Source: Podarcis bocagei (taxonomy: Eukaryota). Taken from it: a DNA stretch of 64,000 nt. Of this stretch, positions 1-12,959 are shown piece by piece (the first letter of the stretch is position 1; every line of letters starts with the position of its first letter). Location: the NCBI GenBank assembly GCA_964188305.1, contig OZ076901.1; one strand, given 5' to 3'. A model generated the notes under the pieces. The model was given only the letters and a program-made list of their open reading frames with translations, searched no databases and had not been told where the DNA came from. A program made the position numbers and the translations under genes.

Positions 1-1178
1 ATGCAACAGTTTTAAACCAGGGGACCAGAGAGGTTATGTGCCTGATGCCTTGCTCCCTTTCAGCTTTCCCGAAGGTGGTTTCACACAGTCACACACTCTC
101 ACTAGAAAACTTGCAATGAGACTCACATGAAACAGTTCAATGTGCATTCCACTGTCCAACCACTTAAAATAAATAGCATTGAAATAGCAAAGCGGGATCC
201 CAGTCCCACGTGAGTCTCAGCACAGGCTGATTGGAAAAGAACTCAGATGGTGATGGGAGAAAAGCAGAGTCACGAATTCTTGAGTTGTGGAAGAGGACAA
301 AGAAGCCCCCTTTCCGAGGGACCCACATTATATTCTCCTACTGTTTGGACTGGAGTTTAAGAGAACAAATGCATGGACTGGACTCTCTTCTGCCACTTGA
401 TCCCTGGAGAAACAAAGACGTGGAGCCTTCTGTGGCCTCCTCTGCCAAAACGAAAGCAAGAGGGTGACAAGGCAGTTGAAGGAAAGAGCAAAGAACCCTC
501 CTCACCCATACCCCCCCAAAGCAATCCAACTATCGTTTCATGTCCCTCAAGAGTTCCAGGATAGGAGAGCAAAACAAGAAGAGCAGAAGCAGACACCCCA
601 ACCCCGCTCTGATGCTGCCAACTCATGATCTGAACCACAATCCAACCCACTTCTTTCTCTCAATAAAGTCTTGTTGGCTCCCGATGCTGTCTGTCTGGCA
701 CAGAGTCATTTGGAATGATTGGCTGGCGAGAGCTTTCAATATGGAGAATGTAGCTGTGACAGCACTGCCTGCCTCCAGAGGACAGTTTCTAAGTTTCCGC
801 CATTAAGTGCAAGGTTCCTTGTAATACTGTACGTCTCCCAATGAAAATGCTCTGGATTCTCTGACAGCAGGGGGAAGAGGAAGCAGGGAAAAGCACACCA
901 TTAAGGCTGACAATGAATGAAAAGGAGAGGAGGGTCACTCCCCACACCATGGGACTTTCAAACAACGCAACATTTGGCCATGGAACTCAAGTGCCGTACA
1001 TCCTCTTCGCTTGTGGCAAAACGTTATACCCGTCATTTTGCAGAGAAGTTCCGTTCCTTCCTTTTGGCAGTTTCGAGACAGATGCATCTCAGTTCACACA
1101 CTTTTTGGTCGGTATCTGGGAAGTGCAGCAGACCAGTGGTGGGGTCGCCCGGGAAAGGAGAGTTCGGGTGGTCTCTGA
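1..1178 (-). other. DIXDC1: DIXDC1 3' UTR (probably continues beyond window start)
   Basis: Directly downstream of the terminal-exon stop; poly(A) site not determined. Confidence 0.7.
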
Positions 1179-1259
1179 TTAGTTCTCCCCATGGTCCTCT
1201 TCCACCCATGCCACAATCTTTCCCTCCCACCCAGGGATGATGTCGTCGTCATGGAAAAC
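1179..1259 (-). CDS. DIXDC1: DIXDC1 exon 20, last coding exon ([26 protein letters not shown])
   Basis: cacag acceptor, 81 nt, TAA stop; DIX domain C-terminus. Confidence 0.96.
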   Translation of the reverse strand, partial: VFHDDDIIPGWEGKIVAWVEEDHGEN

Positions 1260-3169
1260 CTGTGAGAAAAGCAAAGCGAGAGAAACTCGTTAGCAAAATG
1301 AGGGTACGTGCAGATGTTCCTGTGCCAAGAGTCACCAAGGCTAGCGGTTCTTGCAAGTTTGAGTGGGTTGAAGCTTCTTCTCCCTAAGCATGTCTCAGGA
1401 TGTGTTTTGAGCAGCCAGCTGCTGGCATGGCGCAGTGGCTAAGAGAGCCAGCTGCACGTCAGGAGTCCTCAGTGCAAATGTTATCTCAGCCATAAACCTA
1501 CCAGGTGACTTTAGGGTAAGGAAGAGGAACCTCAGACCCAGGAACCAAATGCAGCTCCTCAAGCATCTGTATCTGACCCTCAGAACTCTCCTCAGTCCCC
1601 ACCCCTCAGGATCTCTGCTTTGCACCATCCTTGAGTGTCTGGGGGCTGGTGCAGGACATGCCTGAACTCTTATAATGCCTCTTGCTTGCATGGGTGGAGG
1701 AGAGAGAAAGAACGTATGTGCATGCGCAAACTAGCCTGCTGTACAAAGATAAAATTTGCATTTGTTGCTCTGCCCATGCCCAACACTGGCATGCGGCCCT
1801 CGGAAGGCTTTCCAGGAGGGAATGTGGCCCTCAGGATGGAAAGGGTACCCTATCACTGCTGTAGGGCAAGCTGCTCTTTTCAACTCTGTATCTGGATTAC
1901 TATGAGGGATCAAAAGGCCACCCTCATGTTGACAGTCAAATGGTTATCCCAGTGAGCCTCAACCCTATTAACGTTTTTCCTTTTCACAGGCTGATCCTGA
2001 GACATGATGACATGCCCACGCCCTCACACAATGAAGCCCATGGCAGCAAGGGGGTAGGTGGGCCGGAGCCCAGCTCCTCCAGGCACAAGCCCAATTCTCT
2101 GTTCACCGCACTCAGATTCACCTGTAAAAACCGAGAGCCAGAAAGTCACTCCTTTTTAAGGTGCAAGTGGATTATTTTGCACATTCTGGGGCATCTCACA
2201 AGTTTTGCACCAGAAGGCTTATTCTGCAAGCTGCAGGATGATCAGGGACTTGTAAGCTCAGAGAAATTGCAGGTCCTTGCCCTACATGATGACCTAACCT
2301 CCTTTAGCTATTACAGTTACATCACCCAAGCCAAGCGCTGCAGAAACCTGTCCTTACCAGCCAAATCAAACAGGACAAGTTCCCAGATCTTTGGCACTCT
2401 TATTGGTTGGGTGACATTCATCAGCTAATTTGTATGGAGACTTCACTTTCTGCCTGTATGCTCTTAGAGGGCGGCTGCTGAATAGTCAGGTTGCTTTTAT
2501 GCAACATTCTTCAGCTGTACTTTAAGGTTGAATGATTTAACCACATGACACCCCACACCTGGGCCAACCCTGGCCTTTCTGCCCCGGGACTTCCATGCCA
2601 CAGGACACAGGCCAAGCATGAGAACACAGAGATGAAAAAGAGTGACCACATGATTAGGGATGGAGGAATATGTCAAATTCAGTTTCCCTCAATTTCCCAT
2701 TTTTCCAACCTTAAATTCAGTTCTCCTCATTTCTGCAGCAATTTGAAATTATTTTTTAATCCTCATGCAAATTGGTCAATGGTTTAGGGCAGGTTTCTCC
2801 TAATAAAACACATTTTTGTACGCACTTTCCCCCAATATAGTTGCAAGCAATTATAACTAACTTAATGCATTTTTGTATTTTTCACTAATTTGTAGTGACT
2901 TTCCCCTAATGCATGCATTTTTTGCACAGTTAGGTTGGAAAGCCTCCATTGCAAAATTCAAAGAAGTGTAGATTTCAAAGGATAGCAGTGTTTCAGTTTG
3001 TGTATTAGTTCGAGAAGTGTTTATTAAGAAGTCTTTCACTGGGATGCAAACAAAATCGAACTTCTCCCCTATCCCCACACACAACCAACTGCAATTTTGC
3101 CACTCTCTACAAGTGGGCATGTCACACAATAACTGTGAGCGTAAGTCCTAATGAGAGGCTATTACATAC

Positions 3170-3278
3170 CTCCTCTTTTACTGTGCCAAATTCTGGATCT
3201 AGGGCTTTGAAGTGGTAGCGATGTGTTCCTTCCCGATCAATAGCTGCTTTGAAGTCCCTTAGAGTCACCTCACCTAAC
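3170..3278 (-). CDS. DIXDC1: DIXDC1 exon 19 ([36 protein letters not shown])
   Basis: ag/gt, 109 nt, phase 2 to 0; DIX domain. Confidence 0.96.
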
Positions 3279-3468
3279 CTGCACAGACACAAGAGTAGGA
3301 AAGAGGTAGAGCCAGCCTCACTGTCAGCTTGTGGCATGACTGACACAGGGCCCCTTGGGTGCAGCGGCTGTTGCAGTGCATGCTGGGAGAAAGAACATGC
3401 CACAAAGGCACAAATTCTGACTTAAGTCCCCCCATGACAGAGACACGATGCCGGGCTGCCAGCCTCAC

Positions 3469-3577
3469 CTCTTTGGTATGTTCACCATGAAAGGTGTGAG
3501 GGAGCGATCCGTGAAGTAGAGCACTTTGGTGCAGGCACTGCTGCTCATTGCAGGGGTGCTGTGAGAATGAGGCAGTT
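3469..3577 (-). CDS. DIXDC1: DIXDC1 exon 18 ([35 protein letters not shown])
   Basis: ag/gtgag, 109 nt, phase 1 to 2; start of DIX domain. Confidence 0.95.
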
Positions 3578-5545
3578 CTGCAAAGACAGACGGACTCAGT
3601 TAAATTATAGCCCTCCAACTCTAAAAGAGAAGCTAGAGAAGGAAAACGTGAGAGCTCACCTAACATCAAGGGCTAGAGACCCCACCCTGACAGAAATCTC
3701 TCTCTCTGTTTGTGTACATACACACACACACACTTCACACCTCTACAGAGTTTGTCACCAATAGCATTTAGGGACAACACCAGTGGATTAGACCCCAGGC
3801 CACACAACACCTCTCCCACAACAGCATCATCCTGCTTGCAGCCTCTGGAGTCAATGGCAATAATCCAGCCAATGATAAAATCAAGAATCCTGTTGTTGTT
3901 TTGCAGTCTCAAAGCACAACTCCTGCTATGCCTCCACTGGCCCCAAAACTAACACTACTTGTGATGTGGATAAGCAGAGAATTGGCACGGGGAGAAGCTG
4001 CAGGCACACCTGCCTATCAAGGGTTACACAGCACATACATCTCTCCCTGCTTTTGGAATAGTCATGCAGGTGTACGTCCCTCATGCTACATCTATGCTGT
4101 TTCCAACAAACTGGATGTGGGAGGAGGGTTTGGGGTTCAACAAGCCAATTTGTCCAGGAACATGAGGCAGCTTTATTCCTGTCTGCCACTGCACACAACT
4201 CACAATCTCCAGTGTAGGTAGGGGTGAGCATGGATCAGGCAGGTACAGATGCCAGCTATGCCTGAACTTCTCCAGTCTAAAGGCTTGGCTTGTTACCAGC
4301 CTAAGAATTCTCATAATGAAAAAACTCTTCTGTTTTATAGATGCAATGCAATGATGGCGGGGAAGGCCACCCAGAATGAGATAGGAGATGCCCAATTTTT
4401 TTTAAAATCCAGCTGCAATGACTGGGGAACAAGGCAAAGAGAGGCACCACTGCCAACTGTGACCACTAGATGGCAGAACCTGTTTGCAGTAAGACACTGC
4501 AAGGCCTCAGAGAATAAGGTGGTGTTTTCTGCTTGATGTTAAGAGTAAATATTAATTGGAGTTGTTCATTATTTATGCTGCAGTAGTGTCCAGAGACCGA
4601 AGCAGTCTGCTTTGTGCCAACAACTGCACCTTGGCAAGCTTTTAGTTTCAAGTGAAGCTGGTGAAAGAAACAGTCCAAGGCAAAGGAGCGAGTAGGAGGG
4701 TGAGCAGGTCTGGGGTGAGAGTGAGGAGTAGCAAGACCTGCCCAGATTTCCCAAAGCATCCCTGCTAAACAGCCTCTGTTCCAGAGTATCTGGCAGCTCC
4801 TCCAGATTTATTCTGCATTTGTCCCAATTTGCTTGCACAAAATCTACACTGAGGTTAGACAAATGAGCATTTGTTCTGATTTGTCTACGGGGCAGTATTA
4901 TTATTATTATTATTATTATTAGTTTATTTATACCCCGCCTTTTTGCCCTAATGCAACTCAGCGCAGCTTACAGATAAAAACAAGAATTGCTAAAAACATA
5001 GAAAGAGCAATAATTTAAAAAAACAATTAAACATGAATAAAATTATAACTATATACACATATAAAACCTGTTCAAAGCATACAAATAATTACAATAAAAA
5101 CAGCACAGCACCAGCCCTTTCAATAAAGCAGCCAGTTCCCAAAAGCCTGTTGGAACAAGATGCTCTTCACCTGCCAGTGGAAGAACAACAAGGAGGGAGC
5201 CACTCTAGCTTTTTTAGGGAGGGAGTTCCACAGTCTGGGAACCAAGAAGGTTATACCAGTATGTTAATGAACATTCATCAGAATTTGCTTGCAAGGTGTT
5301 TACACGCCTTCCTGTTAACCATTTGTCCATCCTACACTTTCCAGAGATATTTCCCCATCACTTTCCTAACCACAAAAGGTCCATTCTTTTTTGGAAGTGG
5401 AGTGCTAGAGCGATAAGAGCGCTTGAATGCACTTGAACGGTGCAAATCTGCTTTTCTGGAATGTAACTGAATCCCTCCCACAAAATACTGACAGTCTAGA
5501 CCTGAAGCAGGACATTTCCGTCTGGAATGAGAGAACTGCACTCAC

Positions 5546-5612
5546 TGGAGTTGGAGGGCCAGGACTCTCGGTACTCGTTCGTGGCGTGGCCGGCAGGTGA
5601 TTTTCCTTGGAT
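5546..5612 (-). CDS. DIXDC1: DIXDC1 exon 17 (IQGKSPAGHATNEYRESWPSNS)
   Basis: tag/gtgag, 67 nt, phase 0 to 1; EYRESWP motif. Confidence 0.93.
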
Positions 5613-5770
5613 CTAGAGGGGGAAACCAGAAAGAAACTCTGTACATGCTCATAGGCACATTATTATTATTACTATTAAGATTTCAGGACTGAGCCCTGGC
5701 ATCACAAATAGGTTCTGGAGTTGGGAATCCAAGGACAGAAATGACTTGCAAGTTGTCCCCTCTTGTTGCA

Positions 5771-5995
5771 GAAGAAGAAGAAGAGTTTGGATTTGATATC
5801 CCGCCTTTCACTCCCTTTAAGGAGTCTCAAAGCAGCTAACATTCTCCTTTCCCTTCCTCCCCCACAACAAACACTCTGTGAGGTGAGTGGGGCTGAGAGA
5901 CTTCAAAGAATGTGACTGGCCCAAGGTCACCCAGCAGCTGCATGTGGAGGAGTGGAGACACGAACCCGGTTCACCAGATTACGAGTCTACTGCTC
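5771..5995 (-). mobile_element. tRNA-derived CORE-type SINE (Squam3-like)
   Basis: Minus strand shows a B-box-like GGTTCG head, a CORE-like middle (gggtgaccttgggccagtcaca) and a (CTT)n tail. Confidence 0.7.
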
Positions 5996-6846
5996 CACAT
6001 TGTTGCTCCTGGAGAGTCTTGAAGAATCTACTTTAAAGCTCTGACAGAAGGGCCTACTTTTACTATTCCAATGCAGGGCAACCATTTACCGGTTCTTGCA
6101 CTGCTGAGCTGAGCAAACATCACAGAGGCTCAGGAGACTTGAGGGCTTGAGAGGCAAGCCAGGTTTGCCTGCCGAGTAGCAGCTACAACCGCGAGGGGCT
6201 CCATCTTAAAGGTCAGCAGAGAGGAAAACAACAGATGGGTTAAACTGATTAAAGAACCATGCGCAAGTGTGCGCACCAATTGGGACAAAGGGAGCATGTG
6301 TCGCTGTAATGTCAGCAAGAGCCTGCTCAAAAATGACCCCCACCAAGGACAGCATCCAGTGATGTGAGCGACTGAAAAGCCCTACAGCAATGGCAGCACC
6401 TGGCGGCCCTTTAGCCGTTTCACAGCTTGTGACAAAGTCGCCCTCAAGGCTTCCTAGAGGAGGAACCTCGAAGGGGAAAGCGGCAAGAGGCCTGTTAAAG
6501 GAGGGAGGGCGCAGCAAGCTTGTGAGAGTCAGGAGCAGGAACCAACACTCCCATCTCCTTGGACATATTTGCCTGGCGTAATATAGCCCAGCTGCAACTA
6601 AGCCATGAAGCCTGAAATTGACACACCACAAAACACAAGATCAAAGCCAGGACTCCTAAACCCCAGACACATCCCAGGCAGTGCCTGGAAAAGCATTCGT
6701 TTTTGGTGGAGCTAGTGCTTTACAACAGCATGCATCACTACGTCCCCTACCTCAAGAATCCCTCCAGGCTGAATCAGGTGGCTGCAAACTCCCCCTTTGT
6801 CACAATGCAAGTCTCAACCCATAACTCTCCCTGTTGCTCCCTAGCA

Positions 6847-7347
6847 CTTCCTTGGGCACTGACGCTTCCTCCATTTTGAATTTACAGGGTGGCTCTAGCT
6901 CAGCTCTGAAGGTGAAGCAGCCCTGGCTGTGAAGTAAAGGATTTACAGGTCTGTGCCATCCTTTACTGCCAAGTACACTAGGGAAGCCATTCTCCCTTCT
7001 CACTACACGAAGTGATTTTGGAAAATGCAAATAACTACATACATCGATCCCTCAGGAAGAGAATGGGCTACAGAAGGCATTAATTAGGCCACTGAGCTGT
7101 AGCAACGAAATTTTCCCCTAAGCAGTCTTGTTACGGCTGGCCCCCCAACTCCCCACAGGCCTGCCCTCTCACCATATTAATTTACAGCATTTTTAACAGT
7201 CACGGCTTCCCCCAAAGAATCTTGGGAACTGTAGTTCATTCCTCACAGAGCTTCAATTCCTAGCACCCTGAGAAACTCCAGTTCCCAGGATTCTTAGGGG
7301 GAGGCTACATGCTTTAAATGTATGGCATGGAACTCCCCTACAGGAAC
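6847..7347 (+). repeat. ~500-bp direct duplication, copy 1 (intron 16)
   Basis: Nearly identical to 9457-9956. Confidence 0.92.
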
Positions 7348-7645
7348 TCTCACACAGTGCTTTTTCTAGGACCCCAGCAAGCACACATGCCCTGAACTTA
7401 GCCTACACTGCTGGAGCATGCATGGCAGAAGGAGGGGATCATAGAAGAAGATGATGATGATAATAATGTACTTTATTGCCCCCTCTTCACTGTAAAGTGT
7501 CATGGGCACATGGTCTGCCCATGCAGGGCAAAGGCGGTTACGGAGAAGTGACTCCTCCAGGCCCCATGTGCAGGTAAACCCACAAGCCACAAATGGTGCA
7601 GAAAGAGGCAACATCGCCCCAGCATGACCCAGGAGCGCCTCTTAC

Positions 7646-7807
7646 CCTCCTCTCTTGCCTCTTCTGCATCTCCATGCGGTGCAGCCTCTCCATCAGGCTG
7701 GAGATGCCCTGCTCCAGGCTGTCGATGGTATGGTGCTGGGGGTCGTGGCCGCTGAAGCTGTTCCGCAAGCTGCGCAGGGCCTCGCGCACCAGCTGCAGGT
7801 CGTTGGT
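7646..7807 (-). CDS. DIXDC1: DIXDC1 exon 16 ([54 protein letters not shown])
   Basis: cag/gtaag, 162 nt, phase 0. Confidence 0.95.
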
Positions 7808-7951
7808 CTGTGCAGGAGATCAGGAGAGATCAGGAGGAAGCAAGCCTGGCTTCTCTGAGAGGCTCTGCCCTGCAATACCCCTGAGCCCTTCCAGCAGGTG
7901 GCTTGCAAAGCCTCCATGGAGCCCCAAGAGAAGGAGAAAGAAGTAACTTAC

Positions 7952-8038
7952 CCCTCTGTGTGCTGTAGAAGCAGCTCCTTTTCCTGACGTCTGCAGGAAG
8001 CCGTTGCTCTGAGAGCCGTGATTGCTGTAGACTATCAC
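7952..8038 (-). CDS. DIXDC1: DIXDC1 exon 15 (VIVYSNHGSQSNGFLQTSGKGAASTAHRG)
   Basis: cag/gtaag, 87 nt, phase 0. Confidence 0.92.
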
Positions 8039-8585
8039 CTGGTTGGCGTGAAAGAAAGAAAAACGTTTGTGGCCACAGGCAAGGAGACAGAGCTAAGAAT
8101 GGATTACAGACCCAGCCTCATTTGCCACCATATTCTGGGGGTCTTCCACAGTGAAGGCAGAAGATTTATAGAGGAGCGAAGTCCATTTTTGGAAGCACTT
8201 TCATGAAGTGGTTCTGCAAGTTTGTAGCAGAAACCAGCTGTACATTGTGTTTATTGGCTGGTGTCCATGCTGTCACCACCTCCGAAAATTCCCAGAGCAG
8301 TTTTGCACTTTAGATGCTTTTTTAAAAAATAATTACTAATGCTTCAAATGAGTACATGTGATTTTCTTTTCTTTTTTTAAGCCAGAGAATCCACCATCAT
8401 TTTTAGGGGTGGTCTCACAACAGAGCAAGTGTTCAATTTGCTGATACGCACATCAGTCATTTCAGTTTCAGAGCTAGGTGGTAGCTAAGCTCAATCCTCA
8501 ACTCTTTTTCTCTTTTCTATTACATCTGTTTCCATCCAGTGATGCTGCTGCAGCTGCTTCCAGTCTAACTGCAGTGTAATCAGAG

Positions 8586-8586
<1 letters not shown>

Positions 8587-8629
<43 letters not shown>
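8587..8629. repeat. (ATT)n microsatellite
   Basis: Direct reading. Confidence 0.95.
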
Positions 8630-8695
8630 GCTGGAACAGCTAAAAGCCACACTTGCAAAAGGCAAACAATGAAGTTCTGCTGCTGTTTCACACAC

Positions 8696-8767
8696 CTCTT
8701 CTGCATCCTTCTTCATACACTGAGCCAACAGAGCTTCTTTGTGCTCCAGCTCTCGCTCCAGCTCCGC
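8696..8767 (-). CDS. DIXDC1: DIXDC1 exon 14 (AELERELEHKEALLAQCMKKDAEE)
   Basis: cag/gt, 72 nt, phase 0. Confidence 0.93.
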
Positions 8768-8869
8768 CTGCATACAGAAGAAATGGATCAGCAAGCAACA
8801 CAACCAAGCGGCCTGGGACATGAACGGGGACTGGTGGCGGCAGCAGGGCAGGGGGTGGGGTGCCGGTAC

Positions 8870-8962
8870 CTGGTGATAGCTGGCCTCGGAGAGCTGTCGC
8901 AGCATCTCCTCCATCTTGGCCTGGTGCTGGTGCAAGTGCCGATCTTTCTGGCTCAGCTCCTT
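8870..8962 (-). CDS. DIXDC1: DIXDC1 exon 13 (KELSQKDRHLHQHQAKMEEMLRQLSEASYHQ)
   Basis: cag/gt, 93 nt, phase 0. Confidence 0.93.
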
Positions 8963-9277
8963 CTGCAACACAGTGGGAATTGGGGTCATCAGCAGGGGAA
9001 GGAGGCTTGCACTGGATGGGAGCAAAGTTGGGGGCAAAGGTCAGCAGAGGCCACGCAGCTGTTGCTACACGGCTTTCTTCGGAGAGGAAAGATCAGCTGG
9101 GCACCCAGCACACTGGGCTGCCTGCATAATGGAGAGACTCAGGAGCACAACCCAGCTACAGGTAAGGGAATGGCAGAATTATAAGGGCACGTGAGGAGGA
9201 TTTCCCAGTTACACTGCAAGGGTGATCTGGGCAGTATGTCCCCTCTCAACCCCAGAGAGGAAGGAAGATTTCCTTAC

Positions 9278-9331
9278 TTTGTATTCGGCGAGAAGTCGAT
9301 TCCGCTCTTCCACTTTCCTCTGTAGATCAGC
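9278..9331 (-). CDS. DIXDC1: DIXDC1 exon 12 (ADLQRKVEERNRLLAEYK)
   Basis: cag/gtaag, 54 nt, phase 0. Confidence 0.93.
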
Positions 9332-9456
9332 CTGCATAAGAAACAACTGAATAGTGAGCTAGGTGTGCTGTTTGTACCCCCTGGCTCTGGAGACCCAGTG
9401 CAACACTCTACAAAATGTCCCATGACACACACAGAGGCCCCCGTTGTTCCCTGGCC

Positions 9457-9956
9457 CTTCCTTGGGCACTGACGCTTCCTCCATTTTGAATTTACAGGGT
9501 GGCTCTAGCTCAGCTCTGAAGCTAAAGCAGCCCTGGCTGTGAAGTAAAGGATTTACAGGTCTGCGCCATCCTTTACTGCCAAGTACACTAGGGAAGCCAT
9601 TCTCCCTTCTCACTAGACGAAGTGATTTTGGAAAATGCAAATAACTACATACAGCGATCCCTAAGGAAGAGAATGGGCTACAGAAGGCATTAATTAGGCC
9701 ACTGAGCTGTAGCAATGAAATTTCCCCCAAGCAGTCTTGTTACGGCTGGTCCCCCAACTCCCCACGGGCCTGCCCTCTCACCATATTAATTTACAGCATT
9801 TTTAACAGTCACGGCTTCCCCCTAAGAATCCTGGGGACTGTAGTTCATTCCTCACAGAGCTTCAATTCCTAGCACCCTGAGAAACTCCAGTTCCCAGGAT
9901 TCTTAGGGGGAGGCCACATGCTTTAAATCTATGGCATGGAACTCCCCTACAGGAAC
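9457..9956 (+). repeat. ~500-bp direct duplication, copy 2 (intron 11)
   Basis: Nearly identical to 6847-7347. Confidence 0.92.
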
Positions 9957-10248
9957 ACAGGGAGTTGCCTTATGCCTGCACAAAATTACTTGTGCACTTA
10001 TCCCAGTATTGTTTACTCTGACTTGTTGTGGCTCTCCAGGTTTTGAGGCAGAGGAAGGCCATTCACATCACATGGTTTATACACACACACACACATACAC
10101 ACCCTGGAGAGGCTAAGGATTCAATCTGGAACCATCTGCAAGAAAAGTGCATGCTCTCCCGCTACAACTGCTCCCACAAGTCCCATGAGCTTCAGTTTCC
10201 AGAGAGGAAACCTCACCTGTGACGCTGCAACACAAAACGGCCACTCAC

Positions 10249-10353
10249 ATTTTGGCTATGCAGTTCCTCCTTGTCCATGTTTGCTCTAAGCAGCTCTTGC
10301 TTTATCTGAAGAATCAGAGCATCCTGTTGGGCCAGCCGCTGCTGCAAGGCATC
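10249..10353 (-). CDS. DIXDC1: DIXDC1 exon 11 (DALQQRLAQQDALILQIKQELLRANMDKEELHSQN)
   Basis: cag/gtgag, 105 nt, phase 0. Confidence 0.94.
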
Positions 10354-12505
10354 CTGGGAAAATAAAACGCACCCACTTCAGGCTGCCATCCTGGAACATT
10401 TGCTAGGAAGCAAGTATAATTGCACTCAGACTTACTTCTGAGGAAATGTGCAGTGTAAAGAACCTACAGACTAAAATGTGAAGAGAAAAGGAAGGTAGGT
10501 GCAGAAGGCAAGAGCGCAGTGGCTACAGGAAGAGAACTATGCAGGCCAACCCAGGTGAACTGTTTAGACCAAACTCCAGGATCTCACCACACTCCAGCCA
10601 GCAGTCAGCATCTCAAAAGGTATATCTGTCCCCAGGGCTACTCAGGCAGCTAAAGTGATAAAAATATGGGCAAAAATATGTGCCTTTGGAGGTTCTTTTG
10701 TGCGGCCCAGAGTCAATTCCTACGGCCACCACTCATTGACCACCTACACAATCCATGAAGGAGAAGCTACCATTGTGTCTTCAAGTGAGCAGAACTATAC
10801 AACACTCACCTACGAGTACCCTAGTGCCCACTCAAAGATGTAAACATCTACCAGGGCTGAAAAGCTGAGAACGTAACATTCAGAGTATCACTATATGAAG
10901 ATTCTCAATCCTAATCTCTGTAGCAGAGATAGGGAAGCTATGACCGTCCCGATATTATCGACGCAACATGTACTGTAGCCTGGTAGGATCTGAACTGCTT
11001 TACCAAAATTGCCTTTAATTCAGGCATAGATATTGTTTGAGACCACTTGTTTTGAGGGCTGCTAGTGGACCAAGTAAAGATCTCAAAATACTTAAACCAT
11101 AGCAAGACACATGTAGTAAAATGAATGTGAAGCATGCATGCAATTTAAAGCCTAATGGCCCGGGGAATACCATGGGATTTGAGCTAGCTAAGCTCTGAGA
11201 ACCACATTGCCCTGCAATCCTGCTGTATCTGCCCAAGCCAGGGTACATTTCCACAACTCTCCCTTCGTGTTTCTCACAGGTTTCTTCCTCCAGCAACATC
11301 AGGTGAGGAGGCAGAACTAAAAATACCTCTTGCTCTGGAGCTGATTATCACATGGCCGGGATATAAACAAGCTGAAGGCATCCAAGCATGGCACATAGAT
11401 TTGTTGCAGATTCCTCATATGTGTGCTGTACGCCTAAGAATGAGTACACTGATCCATGAAGCAACAACCTTCACATTCAGCAGACTGATCGTGCAACCAT
11501 TTCCTCAAAGCAAGCACTGACTTTTTAAACTGCTGTGCAGAGGGGATGTGACTGTTTTTGACCAATGAGTGTTGACTGCAGAGCCCATTGCTTGGTAGAC
11601 CCTTTCAAATTGCCTACTTCCACTTGATCCTCAGCACTTTTCAAATGGCAAAGGGAGCATTTATTAGGGAATCACTGATTGTTCTTTCAGTCCACCCAGA
11701 ATGACCTGTCCTCAGATCTGGTTAAATATTTTAGCTCCTTACAGTCAATAATCTAATTTTTAAGTATCAGTTTCCCATGCTGTCACATATTGTTCTACAT
11801 CCTGTTTTTGCCAGCATTGGGGGGCGGGGGCGGGTAGGGAATCACAATTTAAAAATTTTAGAGGTCGATGTGTCCAGGCCCCTGGGATTTCCCCAGCCTT
11901 GCCTATTCAGTTTGTCCTTTGGAAACTGAATAACAGAGAAGAAGCTGCCTCTAACCCTACAAACTGCTTGCAGAAACCCACATTAACGTCAAGAGTACTT
12001 GCAATCAGACACATAAATCAGTTTTTGCACATTCAGCACAAATGCAAATGCTCCTCAAATCGCCTTCACATTTTCTCCAGCTATTCTTCACATTTTAATT
12101 TCCCTCTGGACAATCCACCAACTGGGAAATGGCAAGCGCGCTAGGCAGCCGGGGGCGGGGGGTATAGAGTGCTACCAAAAAGACACATTCCTTGGGGGAG
12201 TCCTGATGGAGAGAGGCATTTAGACGGGTAACACTTATCTTCCTGGCTGGAGTATCTCCCCCCTTACCCCTCCATATATCCCAGTGTGAGAGATCTTCAC
12301 CTACAAACATCTGTGTACATTTGGATAGGCAGGTGGGGATTAAATGTTTATTACAAAATGTTCAGAAGTCATCCTGTCGGGGTGAAAAACTCACAAGCAG
12401 AATTCAAGGTTCAACACCTCCAGTTGGTTGCTTTTAAAACTCTCCACTGCTCTCAGAGAGAGTTAAAGTTGTGAGTCCGTTCCAGACATTGCTAGCGGTT
12501 TAGAT

Positions 12506-12757
12506 CAGGGGTCAGCAAAAATTTTCAGCAAGGGGCCGGTCCACTGTCCCTCAGACCTTGTGGGGGGCCAGACTATATTTTGAAAAAAATAATATGAACA
12601 AATTCCTATGCCCCACAAATAACCCAGAGATGCATTTTAAATAAAAGCACACATTCTACTCATGTAAAAACATGTTGATTCCCGGACCGTCTGTGGGCCG
12701 GATTTAGAAGGCGATTAGGCCGGATTCGGCCCCCAGGCCTTAGCTTGCCCACCCATG
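12506..12757. mobile_element. Non-autonomous hAT (Charlie-type) element
   Basis: CAGGGGTCAGCAA...TTGCCCACCCATG imperfect TIRs; 8-bp TSD GTTTAGAT/ATTTAGAT; second copy at 34420. Confidence 0.85.
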
Positions 12758-12908
12758 ATTTAGATTATCAGATGTGCAAAAGAAGATTCTTTGAAAAGCA
12801 AGCATGACCCAACATTAAGGTTGGGTGAGCCATTTCTGCACTTCTTCCCCAATCACGCCAAACTGCAACAATAGGCCTTAGCCAATACTTTAAACTTTAT
12901 TGTCTCAC

Positions 12909-12959
12909 CTTTACCCCTTGCAGGTTTCTTGCTTCTTGCTTGTGCCTCTGCAACTCTTT
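12909..12959 (-). CDS. DIXDC1: DIXDC1 exon 10 (KELQRHKQEARNLQGVK)
   Basis: cag/gtgag, 51 nt, phase 0. Confidence 0.93.

Noticed and set aside
2655-3075. Possible old DNA transposon with TAGGGATGG-like ends
   Set aside because: Termini and TSD too degraded to support a call
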